Assembly (NCBI GenBank): GCA_013152085.1
Contig: JAADHC010000072.1
Coordinates: 57,455 to 121,454 of the forward strand
Reading direction: 5' to 3'
DNA: 64,000 bases
DNA from: Chlorobiota bacterium
GTDB taxonomy: Bacteria > Bacteroidota > Bacteroidia > Bacteroidales > VadinHA17
The notes under the pieces were generated by a model that saw nothing but the letters and a program-made list of their open reading frames with translations, searched no databases and was not told the origin of the DNA. Both the position numbers and the translations under genes were made by a program. Every line of letters begins with the position of its first letter. Positions within the stretch are counted from its first letter, which is position 1. Positions 39,665 through 49,741 of the stretch are shown here, one piece after another.

Positions 39665-40142
39665 TGTTTTCTGTTTTCACTTTTTCCACACGGATACCGA
39701 AATTGCGGATACCCTCCAGAACATTCACTCGCATCCCCTGGGAAACATTAAAGGTATATACACCGGTTAGTGGGAAGCGAATATCTGATTTATAGGAAAC
39801 CTGCAGAAAATAAAGGTCTCCCAGGCCACTTCCGTACCATTTTCCATGACTGTCGGCCAACGCTATATCGAGGGTATCTGTGATACTGACGCCGGCAGGG
39901 GAGGAAACATTGGAAAAAAGATAAAGATTACTATAAGGGTAATTCCCTTCGTTCCGGATGTTAAAAAAAATATTGTAATGCGATGTGGTATCTTTTACCA
40001 CTACAGAAAAGCGAAGCTGTTCATTCTTGTTCCACCTGCTTCTTTCCAGTGTTTTATTTTCTTCAAACAATCTGCTGTGGTCACAGGAAGAAAAGAGAAA
40101 AAAAAGCAAAACCAGGGGAAAAAACAAAGCGGAAAAGTTCAT
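39648..40142 (-). CDS. gldH: Gliding motility lipoprotein GldH
   Basis: The ATG at 40142 gives MNFSALFFPLVLLFFLFSSCDHS, a lipobox. The protein is about 164 aa with the motif YNIFFNIRNEGNYPYSNLYLF. Its position downstream of holB and the PSP1 gene is the usual gldH context as I recall it. Confidence 0.65.
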   Translation of the reverse strand: MNFSALFFPLVLLFFLFSSCDHSRLFEENKTLERSRWNKNEQLRFSVVVKDTTSHYNIFFNIRNEGNYPYSNLYLFSNVSSPAGVSITDTLDIALADSHGKWYGSGLGDLYFLQVSYKSDIRFPLTGVYTFNVSQGMRVNVLEGIRNFGIRVEKVKTENSGKKK

Positions 40143-40186
40143 CTTCCGGTGTAGAAAGATAAAGGCCAAGATTTTCACGGGGCGTC

Positions 40187-41308
40187 TCATTTCCTTTTGG
40201 GTTTTTTCCTTCTTTTTTTTCCGCTTCTGCGGTTTTCAAAACGTGTAAGACTATCCTGTCCGACAGCATTGGTGAAGTTGATTTCATCAACCCCGGAGTT
40301 AACTGTTCCGGTGAGTAATACTTCGGGTTTTTTGCCTGATTTGTTTATTTCCTGAATTTCTTTAACCCTGCTCACAGGTACCGGGATCATGTTCATGGTT
40401 CCTTCACCGGCTTTAGAGAACCACATGGTTTCTTTAAAAATATCTGTTTTCTGGTGCAGGAATGTTCCCTCTTCTGTTTCGAGAGGAACATCCGCACGGG
40501 GAAAAAATTTCTGGGTATCAATATATGCATCCAGTTCGTAGTTAAGGCAGCATTTCAATTTTCCGCATTGTCCGGCCAGTTTAAGCGGATTCAGTGAAAG
40601 TTCCTGGTATTTTGCCGCGCTGGTTGTAACCGATGAAAAGTTAGTCATCCAGCAAGAACAGCAAAGTTCTCTTCCACAGGATCCGATCCCACCGATACGA
40701 CCGGCTTCCTGTCTGGCTCCGATCTGGCGCATTTCAATCCTTATCCGGAATGTTTCGGCAAATACCTTAATCAGTTCCCTGAAATCAACCCGTTCATCGG
40801 CGATATAATAAAATATGGCTTTTGTTTTATCTCCCTGATATTCCACATCTCCGATTTTCATATTCAATTTAAGGTCGGCAGCAATTTTGCGGGCTTTCAA
40901 CATTGTTTCATGTTCCAGACCAAGTGCTTCCTCCCATTTGGCAATGTCTGCAGGTTTTGCCTTGCGGTAGATTTTCTTGAATTCTGCCTGATCCTGGGGG
41001 ATATGATTTTTTCGTAATTGTTGGAACACCAATGGGCCGGTAAGGGAAACCATACCGATATCATGTCCCGGCGAAGCCTCCACGGCAACAATGTCTCCTT
41101 TTTTCAAACGGAGATTATTCACATTACGGTAAATACCTTTTCGTGTGTTCTTAAACCTGATTTCCACCAGGTCTGTGCTTAATGTATCAGGGGGCAGGTC
41201 TTCCAGCCAGTTAAATACCGGAAGCTTATAGCAACTGTCTGTCTGATAAGTGTGTTGTATATTTTGTTCGATCCGGCATACCCGGTTTGTTTTGCTTTTA
41301 GGCTCCAT
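40187..41308 (-). CDS. PSP1 domain protein (RicT/YaaT-like)
   Basis: 373 aa. A Cys-rich PSP1 C-terminal region is present (GSCGRELCCSCW...CGKLKCCLNYE). It ends in a highly basic tail (RRSGKKRRKKPKRK). Confidence 0.8.
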   Translation of the reverse strand: MEPKSKTNRVCRIEQNIQHTYQTDSCYKLPVFNWLEDLPPDTLSTDLVEIRFKNTRKGIYRNVNNLRLKKGDIVAVEASPGHDIGMVSLTGPLVFQQLRKNHIPQDQAEFKKIYRKAKPADIAKWEEALGLEHETMLKARKIAADLKLNMKIGDVEYQGDKTKAIFYYIADERVDFRELIKVFAETFRIRIEMRQIGARQEAGRIGGIGSCGRELCCSCWMTNFSSVTTSAAKYQELSLNPLKLAGQCGKLKCCLNYELDAYIDTQKFFPRADVPLETEEGTFLHQKTDIFKETMWFSKAGEGTMNMIPVPVSRVKEIQEINKSGKKPEVLLTGTVNSGVDEINFTNAVGQDSLTRFENRRSGKKRRKKPKRK

Positions 41309-41375
41309 TTTCCCAACGATTAAACCTGCTGTCTTTTGCCGGCAGGTGAGTGTATGTTGATGTTTTAATAAACTA

Positions 41376-41383
41376 CAAAAATA
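41376..41383 (-). promoter_or_regulatory. Candidate -7 promoter box (TATTTTTG) upstream of the PSP1 gene
   Basis: Exact TAnnTTTG match on the minus strand, 68 nt upstream of the ATG at 41308 and just downstream of the holB stop. Confidence 0.25.
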
Positions 41384-41390
41384 ACGAAAA

Positions 41391-42512
41391 TTAATTTTTT
41401 ATCAGCCGGTAGATTTTAAATGATGTATCCAGAAGGACGATTCGGGGATTGGCATTGCTCTCAATGTGTAGAAAAGTATCGTTGATCAGTTGATAAAGTT
41501 GATGAATATTCCCGGAATGGATAAATCCGGAAAATTTTTTTGAAAACTCCAGCTCCTCAGAGTTGAGACGGGAAATCATATTTGAGGTATTGAGTATAAA
41601 ATTTTCCCTGAGCATGTGCAGGGAATAAGAAAGGAACGATTTCTGATGTTCCCTGCCTGAAGAAGACATTTCGTCGATCCATCCGAGCAAACCGGTTAAT
41701 CCTAAGGTATAGCACAGTCTCATCCAGCGAATAAAAGACTGCAGATGTTGTTTTTCTTCTTCCGGCAACATGGCTTCCTGTATGGCCCGGCCGATATTTC
41801 CTTCGGAAGTGACAGCCAGTAAGGCAGCTTGTTTATCCGGCAGGGAATATTTTGTGGCCAGAAACCCGGAAAGTTCCTGATCCGGAATCCCGGGAACCGG
41901 AAGATGCTGGCACCGGGAAAGAATTGTCGGGAGCATTTTTTCCGGATCCCGGGAAACCAGGAAAAAAAATGTTTTTTCAGGAGGTTCTTCAATAACCTTT
42001 AACAGTTTGTTCGCTGCTGTGGTTTCTAATTTTTCGGGCAACCATATCACCAGAATCTTATAATCAGATTCAAAGCTTTTCAAAGATAATTCGCGGATAA
42101 TTTCATCACTCTCTGCCGTATAAATCGTTCCCTGCTGATTTTGAATACCAAGTGCTTTATACCAACGCTCGAGGGAAAGGAAAGGGTTTTGTATCAGGGT
42201 TTCCCGCCATTGTTCAAGAAAATACCTGCTCAGGTTTTCTTTATTTCCTTTTATGCGGATTACAGGAAATGCATAATGCAGATCCGGATGGATCATTTTT
42301 TCGTGTTTCAGGCAGGAACGACACCTGCCACAGGAATCTTTTTCCTGCCGGTCTTCACACATGATATACTGCGAAGTAGCCAGTGCCAGAGACAGTGCGG
42401 CAGAACCATCCTCTCCGGTAAACAATTGGGCATGACCCAAGCGTCCGTTGTTTACCGAACGGATCAGCCTCTTTTTCAGTTCTTCGTGTCCGGGAATTTC
42501 CTGATACCGCAT
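41391..42512 (-). CDS. holB: DNA polymerase III subunit delta prime
   Basis: 373 aa with an AAA+-like N-domain (GRLGHAQLFTGEDGS), a zinc module (CGRCRSCLK), and LKVIEEPP and SRCQ motifs. Confidence 0.85.
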   Translation of the reverse strand: MRYQEIPGHEELKKRLIRSVNNGRLGHAQLFTGEDGSAALSLALATSQYIMCEDRQEKDSCGRCRSCLKHEKMIHPDLHYAFPVIRIKGNKENLSRYFLEQWRETLIQNPFLSLERWYKALGIQNQQGTIYTAESDEIIRELSLKSFESDYKILVIWLPEKLETTAANKLLKVIEEPPEKTFFFLVSRDPEKMLPTILSRCQHLPVPGIPDQELSGFLATKYSLPDKQAALLAVTSEGNIGRAIQEAMLPEEEKQHLQSFIRWMRLCYTLGLTGLLGWIDEMSSSGREHQKSFLSYSLHMLRENFILNTSNMISRLNSEELEFSKKFSGFIHSGNIHQLYQLINDTFLHIESNANPRIVLLDTSFKIYRLIKN

Positions 42513-42532
42513 TATTTTTCGAATATTGAAAA

Positions 42533-42540
42533 CAAAAGTA
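42533..42540 (-). promoter_or_regulatory. Candidate -7 promoter box (TACTTTTG) for holB
   Basis: Exact TAnnTTTG match on the minus strand, 20 nt upstream of the ATG at 42512. Confidence 0.35.
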
Positions 42541-42614
42541 GGAAAAATGCGGTAGCAGGAAGGCCTCCGTTTTAAAAATCATGTAAAATCATTTTCAGCC
42601 CCGGAAGAAGTTCG

Positions 42615-42622
42615 TATTTTTG
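42615..42622 (+). promoter_or_regulatory. Candidate -7 promoter box (TATTTTTG) for pgk
   Basis: Exact TAnnTTTG match 42 nt upstream of the ATG at 42665. It is divergent from the holB box. Confidence 0.35.
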
Positions 42623-42664
42623 TGTTAATATATTTACTTATCAAAAAAATAAAAGACTACAGCA

Positions 42665-43861
42665 ATGAAAAATATTGACAATTATGATTTTACCGGAAAA
42701 CGTGCTCTGGTAAGGGTAGACTTTAATGTTCCGTTGAATGAAAAGATGGAAGTTACCGATGATACACGTATCCGCGCAGCATTGCCAACCATCGAAAAGA
42801 TCATTGCCGGAGGTGGTATGCCGGTTTTGATGTCCCACCTTGGAAGACCCAAAGATGCTTATGAAGAAAAATTTTCCCTGAAACATGTGGTTCCGCGACT
42901 CTCTTTGCTATTAAACCGTACTGTTAAGTTCGCTCCTGATTGCATAGGAGCAGAAACGGTTTCCCTGTCGAAGACACTGCAAACCGGGGATATCCTTTTA
43001 CTTGAAAATCTCAGGTTCCATGCTGAGGAAAAAAAGGGCGACGAAAAATTTGCCGGTATGCTTGCCGAACTTGGGGATGTTTATGTGAATGATGCTTTTG
43101 GTACCGCTCACCGTGCCCATGCTTCCACAACGATCGTTGCAAAGTTTTTCCCCGAAGAAAAAATGTTCGGCTATCTGATTGAAAAAGAACTGAGAAATCT
43201 TGATAAAGTATTGGTCCGTCCCGAAAAACCTTTCGTTGCCATTATGGGGGGGGCAAAAGTTTCGGATAAGATCCTGATTATTGAAAACCTTCTAAACCGG
43301 GTAGATCACCTGATTATCGGCGGAGGAATGGTATATACCTTTATTAAAGCCCGTGGTGGGAAAATCGGAAATTCACTGGTCGAGGAAGATAAACTTGATC
43401 TGGCAACCTCCCTGGTGCGAAAAGCCGAAGAAAAAGGGGTTACCCTTCATTTGCCTGTTGACAATATTGTTGCCGACCGGTTTTCAAATGATGCAGACAC
43501 AAAGGTGTGTCCGGCGGATGAAGTTCCTGATGGCTGGATGGGACTGGATATAGGATCCGAAACCATCAACAGGCTTAAAAGGGTAATCCTGGGTGCAAAA
43601 ACCCTGCTTTGGAATGGGCCCATGGGGGTTTTTGAAATGGAAAAATTCCAGAACGGCACACGCGAAATTGCTCTGGCTGTTGCCGAAGCTACGTCAAAAG
43701 GGGCTTTTAGCCTTGTAGGCGGAGGAGATTCTGTGGCAGCCTTAAATAAATATAACCTGAAAGATCAGGTGAGCTTTGTATCTACCGGCGGCGGAGCAAT
43801 GCTTGAATATATGGAAGGGAAAGAGCTTCCCGGAATCAAGGCCATCCGGAGATCATCATGA
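42665..43861 (+). CDS. pgk: Phosphoglycerate kinase
   Basis: 398 aa with RVDFNVP, AHRAHAS and GGGDS motifs. Confidence 0.97.
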   Translation: MKNIDNYDFTGKRALVRVDFNVPLNEKMEVTDDTRIRAALPTIEKIIAGGGMPVLMSHLGRPKDAYEEKFSLKHVVPRLSLLLNRTVKFAPDCIGAETVSLSKTLQTGDILLLENLRFHAEEKKGDEKFAGMLAELGDVYVNDAFGTAHRAHASTTIVAKFFPEEKMFGYLIEKELRNLDKVLVRPEKPFVAIMGGAKVSDKILIIENLLNRVDHLIIGGGMVYTFIKARGGKIGNSLVEEDKLDLATSLVRKAEEKGVTLHLPVDNIVADRFSNDADTKVCPADEVPDGWMGLDIGSETINRLKRVILGAKTLLWNGPMGVFEMEKFQNGTREIALAVAEATSKGAFSLVGGGDSVAALNKYNLKDQVSFVSTGGGAMLEYMEGKELPGIKAIRRSS

Positions 43862-45033
43862 CCCCAACCCCTGACAGAGATATTATATGGAGAACAGGTC
43901 TTCCCGGGCTTATGCTCCTCCTTCTGTTTTTTCCATCCGTCTTCTATGCCCAGTCTCCCTATCAGGAAAAGCTGATCAAAATTCATAAGGGGCCGGTCAA
44001 TGCGGTTCAGTTTCATCCTGATGGCCGCAGGTTGCTTTCGGCCTCCTCGGATAAGCGTTGCCGGATCTATGATACGGAAACGGGGAGAGTTGTTATTACC
44101 ATCCCTTTTGACCGTGAAGTGCATGCCGCCACTTTTACCCCTGACGGAAAATATATTGTGGCGGGAGCCGGATCATACCTGAAAATCTATACAACTAATG
44201 GGGAATATTATAAGACTTATAAAGGGCATAGCACAGCGATCTGGTCACTGGAAACGGGGCCGGGGGGCCGATATGTGGTTACCGGATCGTATGATAAAGC
44301 TTTTTATCTGTGGGATATCATTGAGGGGAAAAAACAACAGACCTTTACAGGGCATGTAAAGAGCGTTCTTGCCGTAGCTTTTTCTCCCGATGGTAAAACC
44401 GTGGCCAGCGGTTCCCTGGATCAGACAGTGAGATTATGGAAAATAAATGAACCCTCAGGCATGCCTGTACAGGGAAATCATTCAGGAAATATCGTTGACC
44501 TGGCCTTTTCCCCCGACGGGAAACTTCTGGCGAGTGCTTCCAGGGATCAGCAGGTTATCCTCTGGGATGTTGCTACAGGCAGGAAAGTTAAATCTTTTGC
44601 TCATCCTTCGGAAGTTTTTTCCGTTACCTTTAGTCCTGATGGTACTTATCTGGTTTCGGGAACTCTCCATGGTGATCTGTTCTTATGGGATATAACCGGC
44701 GGGAAACAGATCGTTATATTGCAGGGTCATACCGCTGCTGTTTTATCTCTCTCTTTTCGCCCCGACGGAAACATGTTTGCCAGCGGGTCCTACGACGGAA
44801 CCATCCGGCTCTGGAGGCCGGATCCGGAAATCTTTGTTATGTATGCTTTTCAGGATTCTTTAAATACCGCTCTCGCAAAGAACCCGTTAAATAAACCGCG
44901 TGCTCCGGGAGAATCCAGAACCGGTTACCAGCTGCGATTAAAACAATTCAGTGAATGGCGTCAGAAACTGATTGAAAAATACTATCAGCAATATCTCCGG
45001 GAGAGGAAACCTGAAAATCCGATAGAAAAATAA
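43858..45033 (+). CDS. Exported WD40-repeat beta-propeller protein
   Basis: 391 aa with a signal peptide ([19 protein letters not shown]). About seven WD40 units follow, with GH...SPDG...ASGS.D.T(I/V)RLW signatures. Its ATG overlaps the pgk stop (ATGA). Confidence 0.85.
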   Translation: MTPTPDRDIIWRTGLPGLMLLLLFFPSVFYAQSPYQEKLIKIHKGPVNAVQFHPDGRRLLSASSDKRCRIYDTETGRVVITIPFDREVHAATFTPDGKYIVAGAGSYLKIYTTNGEYYKTYKGHSTAIWSLETGPGGRYVVTGSYDKAFYLWDIIEGKKQQTFTGHVKSVLAVAFSPDGKTVASGSLDQTVRLWKINEPSGMPVQGNHSGNIVDLAFSPDGKLLASASRDQQVILWDVATGRKVKSFAHPSEVFSVTFSPDGTYLVSGTLHGDLFLWDITGGKQIVILQGHTAAVLSLSFRPDGNMFASGSYDGTIRLWRPDPEIFVMYAFQDSLNTALAKNPLNKPRAPGESRTGYQLRLKQFSEWRQKLIEKYYQQYLRERKPENPIEK

Positions 45034-45084
45034 AGGCAATGACCCATTTGTTTTGTATCTTTATTTTATAAATGATCATCAGGA

Positions 45085-45630
45085 ATGACGTTTAACCGAT
45101 TTATCCCTTTTGTCCTGATTCTGATTCTTTCTTCGTGTCAGAAGGAAAAACCCATACCCCTGACGGGTGAGGTGACTATGGATTCCACCCTGTTTGGCAG
45201 TGGTAGTGGACCTTATCCTTATTATTTGATAGGTTTTTCATTCAGCCAGGGCAAACTAATCGAATACAGGAACGGAAATGTTCCGGACATTACCATACTT
45301 CCAAAAACCGAAGTTTCGGGAAATGTCAAAAGTGCTTTTCTCGATACTCCCAATGTATTTCCTTCATTTTCGCTTACGGCGGCTTTTGATAACGCGGATG
45401 ATGCGTTAACCTTTTTCGGCAATTACCTGGAAGCTGCAGACAGTGGATATATCTCACTGGCCGATCCCATCCTGCCCCACCAGATCTGGACTTTTAAAAC
45501 AGCTACCGGCAGGTTTGCCAAAATGCTGATCATGGATGTAAAAACCATGTTGAAGGACCAGGTCCCTTACGCTGAGGTGACCTTCAGATATGTTTATCAG
45601 CCAGACGGGACACCTGTTTTTCAGGAATAA
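45085..45630 (+). CDS. Hypothetical lipoprotein
   Basis: 181 aa with a lipobox (LILILSSCQK). I recognise no family. Confidence 0.6.
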   Translation: MTFNRFIPFVLILILSSCQKEKPIPLTGEVTMDSTLFGSGSGPYPYYLIGFSFSQGKLIEYRNGNVPDITILPKTEVSGNVKSAFLDTPNVFPSFSLTAAFDNADDALTFFGNYLEAADSGYISLADPILPHQIWTFKTATGRFAKMLIMDVKTMLKDQVPYAEVTFRYVYQPDGTPVFQE

Positions 45631-45635
45631 GTTCA

Positions 45636-46646
45636 ATGATTAATTTCCGTTTCATGATATCTGACTTACCCGGAAAAATTTTTACAATCAAAACTTCCCG
45701 TGATTTTACGGAAACGGCGCTGGAGATTTTCCGTTATCAGTCAGAAGTAAGTGAAATTTACAGGAAATATATGCGTTTACTGGGAGTCCGATCTGATGAC
45801 GTGTGCCAGATTGAAGATATTCCATTTTTGCCGGTATCGTTATTCAGGAAATATCCGGTTAAATCCTTTCGTGGAAAACCACAAAACATCTTCACCAGCA
45901 GCGGTACCTCATCCACGATCCCGTCGAAACATTATGTATATGACCTTTCCTTGTATGAGAAAAGTTTTCTGACAGCTTTTCGTCTTTTTTACGGTGACCC
46001 TGCCGGTATGTCTGTTCTGGCCCTGCTGCCAACCTATCTGGAACGTTCGGGGTCGTCTTTGATCTACATGATTGACAAGCTGATCAAACTGTCAGGTTCT
46101 CCTTTTAGTGGTTATTATCTGTATAATCACAAGCGGTTATACCACCGGCTCCGGGAACTGGCTGCAAAAAAGGAACGGGTTCTGTTGTTCGGGGTTAGTT
46201 ATGCTTTACTGGATTTTGCCGAAAAATATGAAGTGTTGGTTCCGGGAATGATTGTAATGGAAACGGGAGGAATGAAAGGCCGGAGAAAAGAAATGGTGCG
46301 GGAAGAATTACATGGTATCCTTACTTCACGGTTTCATGTGACGTCTGTCCACTCGGAATATGGGATGACCGAATTGTTATCGCAGGCTTATTCACAGGGG
46401 AAAGGCATATATGCTGCCCCACCCTGGATGCAGATTCTTATCCGTGATCCTTACGATCCCCTATCTTTCCTGCCTCCCGGACGGCACGGAGGAATCAATG
46501 TGATTGATCTTGCCAATTTATATTCCTGTGCTTTTATTGAAACCGGTGACCTGGGAATCTGTTTTCCTGACGGAACCTTTTCGGTTTCCGGCCGGTTTGA
46601 CCACAGCGAACTTCGGGGGTGTAACCTGATGGTACAGGAAATCTGA
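45636..46646 (+). CDS. LuxE/PaaK-like acyl-adenylate-forming acyltransferase family protein
   Basis: 336 aa. The N-terminal pattern FE..ALEIFRYQ...IYRKYM, plus SSGTSS and METGGMKG motifs, fits the LuxE-like 'acyl transferase' family common in Bacteroidota. It starts 5 nt after the lipoprotein gene. Confidence 0.6.
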   Translation: MINFRFMISDLPGKIFTIKTSRDFTETALEIFRYQSEVSEIYRKYMRLLGVRSDDVCQIEDIPFLPVSLFRKYPVKSFRGKPQNIFTSSGTSSTIPSKHYVYDLSLYEKSFLTAFRLFYGDPAGMSVLALLPTYLERSGSSLIYMIDKLIKLSGSPFSGYYLYNHKRLYHRLRELAAKKERVLLFGVSYALLDFAEKYEVLVPGMIVMETGGMKGRRKEMVREELHGILTSRFHVTSVHSEYGMTELLSQAYSQGKGIYAAPPWMQILIRDPYDPLSFLPPGRHGGINVIDLANLYSCAFIETGDLGICFPDGTFSVSGRFDHSELRGCNLMVQEI

Positions 46647-46685
46647 TGTTTAACTACGGATGTTCGCTGAGACCGATTATATCCT

Positions 46686-47828
46686 TTATTTTATTCCGAG
46701 CTTTGCAGCCAGCTTTTTAGGCAATACATCCTTGTGAACCATAATGGCCAGGGTTTTATCCCGGACAAATGGCTCGGACATGTAAAGATATCCGCCGTAA
46801 TTATTACGATCCGTTCCCCAGGAATTCTTGGTAACAAAAAATGTTTTTCCTGTTTCGTCGGTAACGGTACCGACAATATGCATAAGGTGATCGTCGGTGG
46901 AGGAGTAATTGTCGAAACCCTGCTGACGTGATTCAGGCGTAACAGCCATTTCATCAGGATATTTAAAGAGAGAATCCACTTCTTCGGAACTGAGTCCTGC
47001 CCATGATTTTGGAGGAAGGATGGCCAGTCCCCGCTTATGAGAAAAGCCCTTTTCACTGACATCGCCGTCCCAGGCAACCGAATATCCTTTTTTGACGGCT
47101 TCTTTCATAATATCAATCAATTCGTCTAACGGAATGTTATAATAAGGATCGTGTGCAAAGTTGTCGGGAACCTCAAGCTCAAATGTCTTGTAAAAAGGAT
47201 GATGCAAATAGGATGTCAGTTCAACATAATCGTCGGGATTTAAATGGAAATGATCGCGGAATGAGGCCGGTGAATAGGAATTACCGTTCCATGTGAACGT
47301 CTCGGGTTCCGGGCCGAGATAAATGTCCAGGATGGCTGAATATGCGTTTTTCCAGACCGGCGTGAGGTGACCGCTACGGTTTTTGATTACGCCATCAAGA
47401 AAACCCAGCAGAATAGTATTCAATTCGCCGTGATTGTGCATGGTGTCGCCATAATGTTTCCCGGTGTATACTTCAACGGGAACGATCCCGAATTTCCGGA
47501 TGACATTCATTACATCGTGTGCCTGACCGCCCGGTCCGAAGTTGTTTTTTCCGTGAAAACGGACGTAGAGATCGGCTTTTTTTTCATACGCATGTCGCGC
47601 GTTATACATTTCAGACAAATCCAGTTCAGGGCCTCCCATACGCAGGATTTCCGTCTCGACAAACGAAGTGGTGGCAAATGACCAGCAGGTTCCGGTACGT
47701 TGCTGGTTTTTTACCGGAGTTGTCTTAACCTTTACAACATTTGTAAAAGTCAGGGGAGTTTCCTTTTCCTGGGCAAAAGAGGAAAGTACAAAAATAAAAG
47801 ATACGATGAAGATGAAAAGCCTGTTCAT
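46686..47828 (-). CDS. Peptidase C1B (aminopeptidase C/bleomycin hydrolase-like) with signal peptide
   Basis: 380 aa with the papain-type active site QQRTGTCWSFATTSF, a later His/Asn region and an N-terminal signal (FIVSFIFVLSSFAQE). Confidence 0.8.
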   Translation of the reverse strand: MNRLFIFIVSFIFVLSSFAQEKETPLTFTNVVKVKTTPVKNQQRTGTCWSFATTSFVETEILRMGGPELDLSEMYNARHAYEKKADLYVRFHGKNNFGPGGQAHDVMNVIRKFGIVPVEVYTGKHYGDTMHNHGELNTILLGFLDGVIKNRSGHLTPVWKNAYSAILDIYLGPEPETFTWNGNSYSPASFRDHFHLNPDDYVELTSYLHHPFYKTFELEVPDNFAHDPYYNIPLDELIDIMKEAVKKGYSVAWDGDVSEKGFSHKRGLAILPPKSWAGLSSEEVDSLFKYPDEMAVTPESRQQGFDNYSSTDDHLMHIVGTVTDETGKTFFVTKNSWGTDRNNYGGYLYMSEPFVRDKTLAIMVHKDVLPKKLAAKLGIK

Positions 47829-47948
47829 AATAGTGAGATTTTGTGATCTGTTTTCTTATTGTTTTCAGAATGGAGATACAATAATATGAAAAAAACAGGA
47901 GTCATGTCAATGATTTTTATCTGTTTTCGGAATATCTTGAAAATTGAA

Positions 47949-47956
47949 TAGATTTG
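47949..47956 (+). promoter_or_regulatory. Candidate -7 promoter box (TAGATTTG) for the MFS transporter gene
   Basis: Exact TAnnTTTG match 54 nt upstream of the ATG at 48011. Confidence 0.3.
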
Positions 47957-48010
47957 ACATTTATAAAACATGAAAAAATCTTGAGTTTCCTGCAAATAAT
48001 ACTATAGAGT

Positions 48011-49381
48011 ATGAATCAAGGGGTAAGTAAACGAGTGGCGCTGTGGATCGCTGCCATGGGATCATTTCTTACCCCATTTATGGGATCATCGGTAAATATT
48101 GCCTTACCCTCTATCGGAAAAGAATTTGGAGCAGATGCGGTCATGTTGAACTGGGTGGCTACGGCATACCTGCTCTCGGCTGCAATGTTGCTGCTCCCGT
48201 TTGGAAAAACTGCGGATATCTACGGAAGGAAGAAGATTTTTCTTTACGGCGTGGGCGTATATACCCTTGCTTCGGGATTAACCGCCTTTGTTCCGGATGT
48301 ATACTGGCTGGTGGCGGCACGTATTGTTCAGGGGGCAGGCAGCGCCATGATGTTCGGTACCGGCGTTGCGATCCTGACTTCCGTTTTTCCGGAACAGGAG
48401 CGCGGCAGGGCTTTGGGGTTTAATGTGGCGGCTGTTTACCTTGGCCTCTCCCTGGGGCCGTTTCTTGGTGGATTTCTTACGCAACACTTCGGATGGCGCA
48501 GTATTTTTTATGTCAATATTCCACTTGGCATTATTATTCTTCTCCTTGGTATCTGGAAGTTGAAAGGAGAATGGGCTGAAGCAGCCGGTGAGAAGTTTGA
48601 CTTTACCGGATCTGTCGTATATGGAGTCAGCCTTGCAGCGATGATGTATGGTTTTTCAAGAATTCCCCAATTAACCGGTTACCTGTTGGTTATTGCCGGG
48701 ATTGCCGGGATTGCCGGTTTTGTTTTGATGGAAAACAGACAACGTTATCCTTTAATGAATATTTCCCTGCTCAGCCGCAATCGTGTTTTTGCTCTTTCAA
48801 ATGTGGCAGCGCTGATAAATTACAGTGCCACTTTTGCCGTGGGCTTTTTGTTAAGTCTGTATCTTCAGTATATCAAAGGGCTGACACCGCAGAGTGCCGG
48901 TATAATACTGATGGTGCAACCTGTGATCATGACTGTTTTTTCTCCGGTTGCCGGCAGGCTTTCCGATCGCTATGAACCCCGCCTGGTAGCATCTGTCGGA
49001 ATGATGATGATGGTTATCGGCCTGACCACCCTGGATTTAATCCATGCTGAAACAACCATTCCATCTCTGATGATCAGCCTGGTGTTACTTGGTTTTGGCT
49101 ATGCCCTTTTCTCATCTCCCAACACGAATGCCGTTATGAGTTCGGTTGAAAAAAAATATTATGGTGTTGCATCGGCTACCGTGGGCACTATGCGTCTGAT
49201 CGGACAGATGTTGAGTATGGGTATCGTCCTGATCACATTCTCACTGCTTATTGGCAAGGTTCAGATCAGTCCTGCAAACTTTCCGCAGTTTATCCGAAGT
49301 GCAAGAATTGCTTTTGTGATTTTTACGGCATTGTGTGCCGCAGGGGTTTTTGCCTCCCTGGCACGCGGGAAAATCCGTTAA
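48011..49381 (+). CDS. MFS transporter, 14-TMS DHA2 (EmrB/QacA-like) drug:H+ antiporter family
   Basis: 456 aa with about 14 hydrophobic segments and MFS motif A (GKTADIYGRKK). Confidence 0.8.
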   Translation: MNQGVSKRVALWIAAMGSFLTPFMGSSVNIALPSIGKEFGADAVMLNWVATAYLLSAAMLLLPFGKTADIYGRKKIFLYGVGVYTLASGLTAFVPDVYWLVAARIVQGAGSAMMFGTGVAILTSVFPEQERGRALGFNVAAVYLGLSLGPFLGGFLTQHFGWRSIFYVNIPLGIIILLLGIWKLKGEWAEAAGEKFDFTGSVVYGVSLAAMMYGFSRIPQLTGYLLVIAGIAGIAGFVLMENRQRYPLMNISLLSRNRVFALSNVAALINYSATFAVGFLLSLYLQYIKGLTPQSAGIILMVQPVIMTVFSPVAGRLSDRYEPRLVASVGMMMMVIGLTTLDLIHAETTIPSLMISLVLLGFGYALFSSPNTNAVMSSVEKKYYGVASATVGTMRLIGQMLSMGIVLITFSLLIGKVQISPANFPQFIRSARIAFVIFTALCAAGVFASLARGKIR

Positions 49382-49731
49382 CGCTTTTCAAGAGTTTTCC
49401 GTTTGAACACAGGCAGGGATTGACAAACCAGGGTATACGAATCATCAATCCATTGCTTAATGAGGACATCAGGAATGCTCCCATCAACAAAAACCGTATT
49501 CCAGTGTTTTTTATTCATGTGGTATCCCGGCGTTACGGCCTCATATTTCTCCCTCAGTTCAATCGCCTTTTCCGGGTTACATTTCAGGTTGATATGAAAA
49601 TCTTCTTCCAGGTCGGTCAGGGCAAACATTTTACCAAGAACCTTAAAAACCAGCGTGGTTTCATCAAAAGGAAACGATTCCGTTACAAAGGGTTTTTCCA
49701 TACAATATGCTCTGAATGCTTCGATATTCAT
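49378..49731 (-). CDS. MmcQ/YjbR family protein
   Basis: 117 aa with the family pattern ESFPFDETTLVFKVLGKMFA...HMNKKHWNTV. Confidence 0.75.
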   Translation of the reverse strand: MNIEAFRAYCMEKPFVTESFPFDETTLVFKVLGKMFALTDLEEDFHINLKCNPEKAIELREKYEAVTPGYHMNKKHWNTVFVDGSIPDVLIKQWIDDSYTLVCQSLPVFKRKTLEKR

Positions 49732-49741
49732 AGATCAGGGT

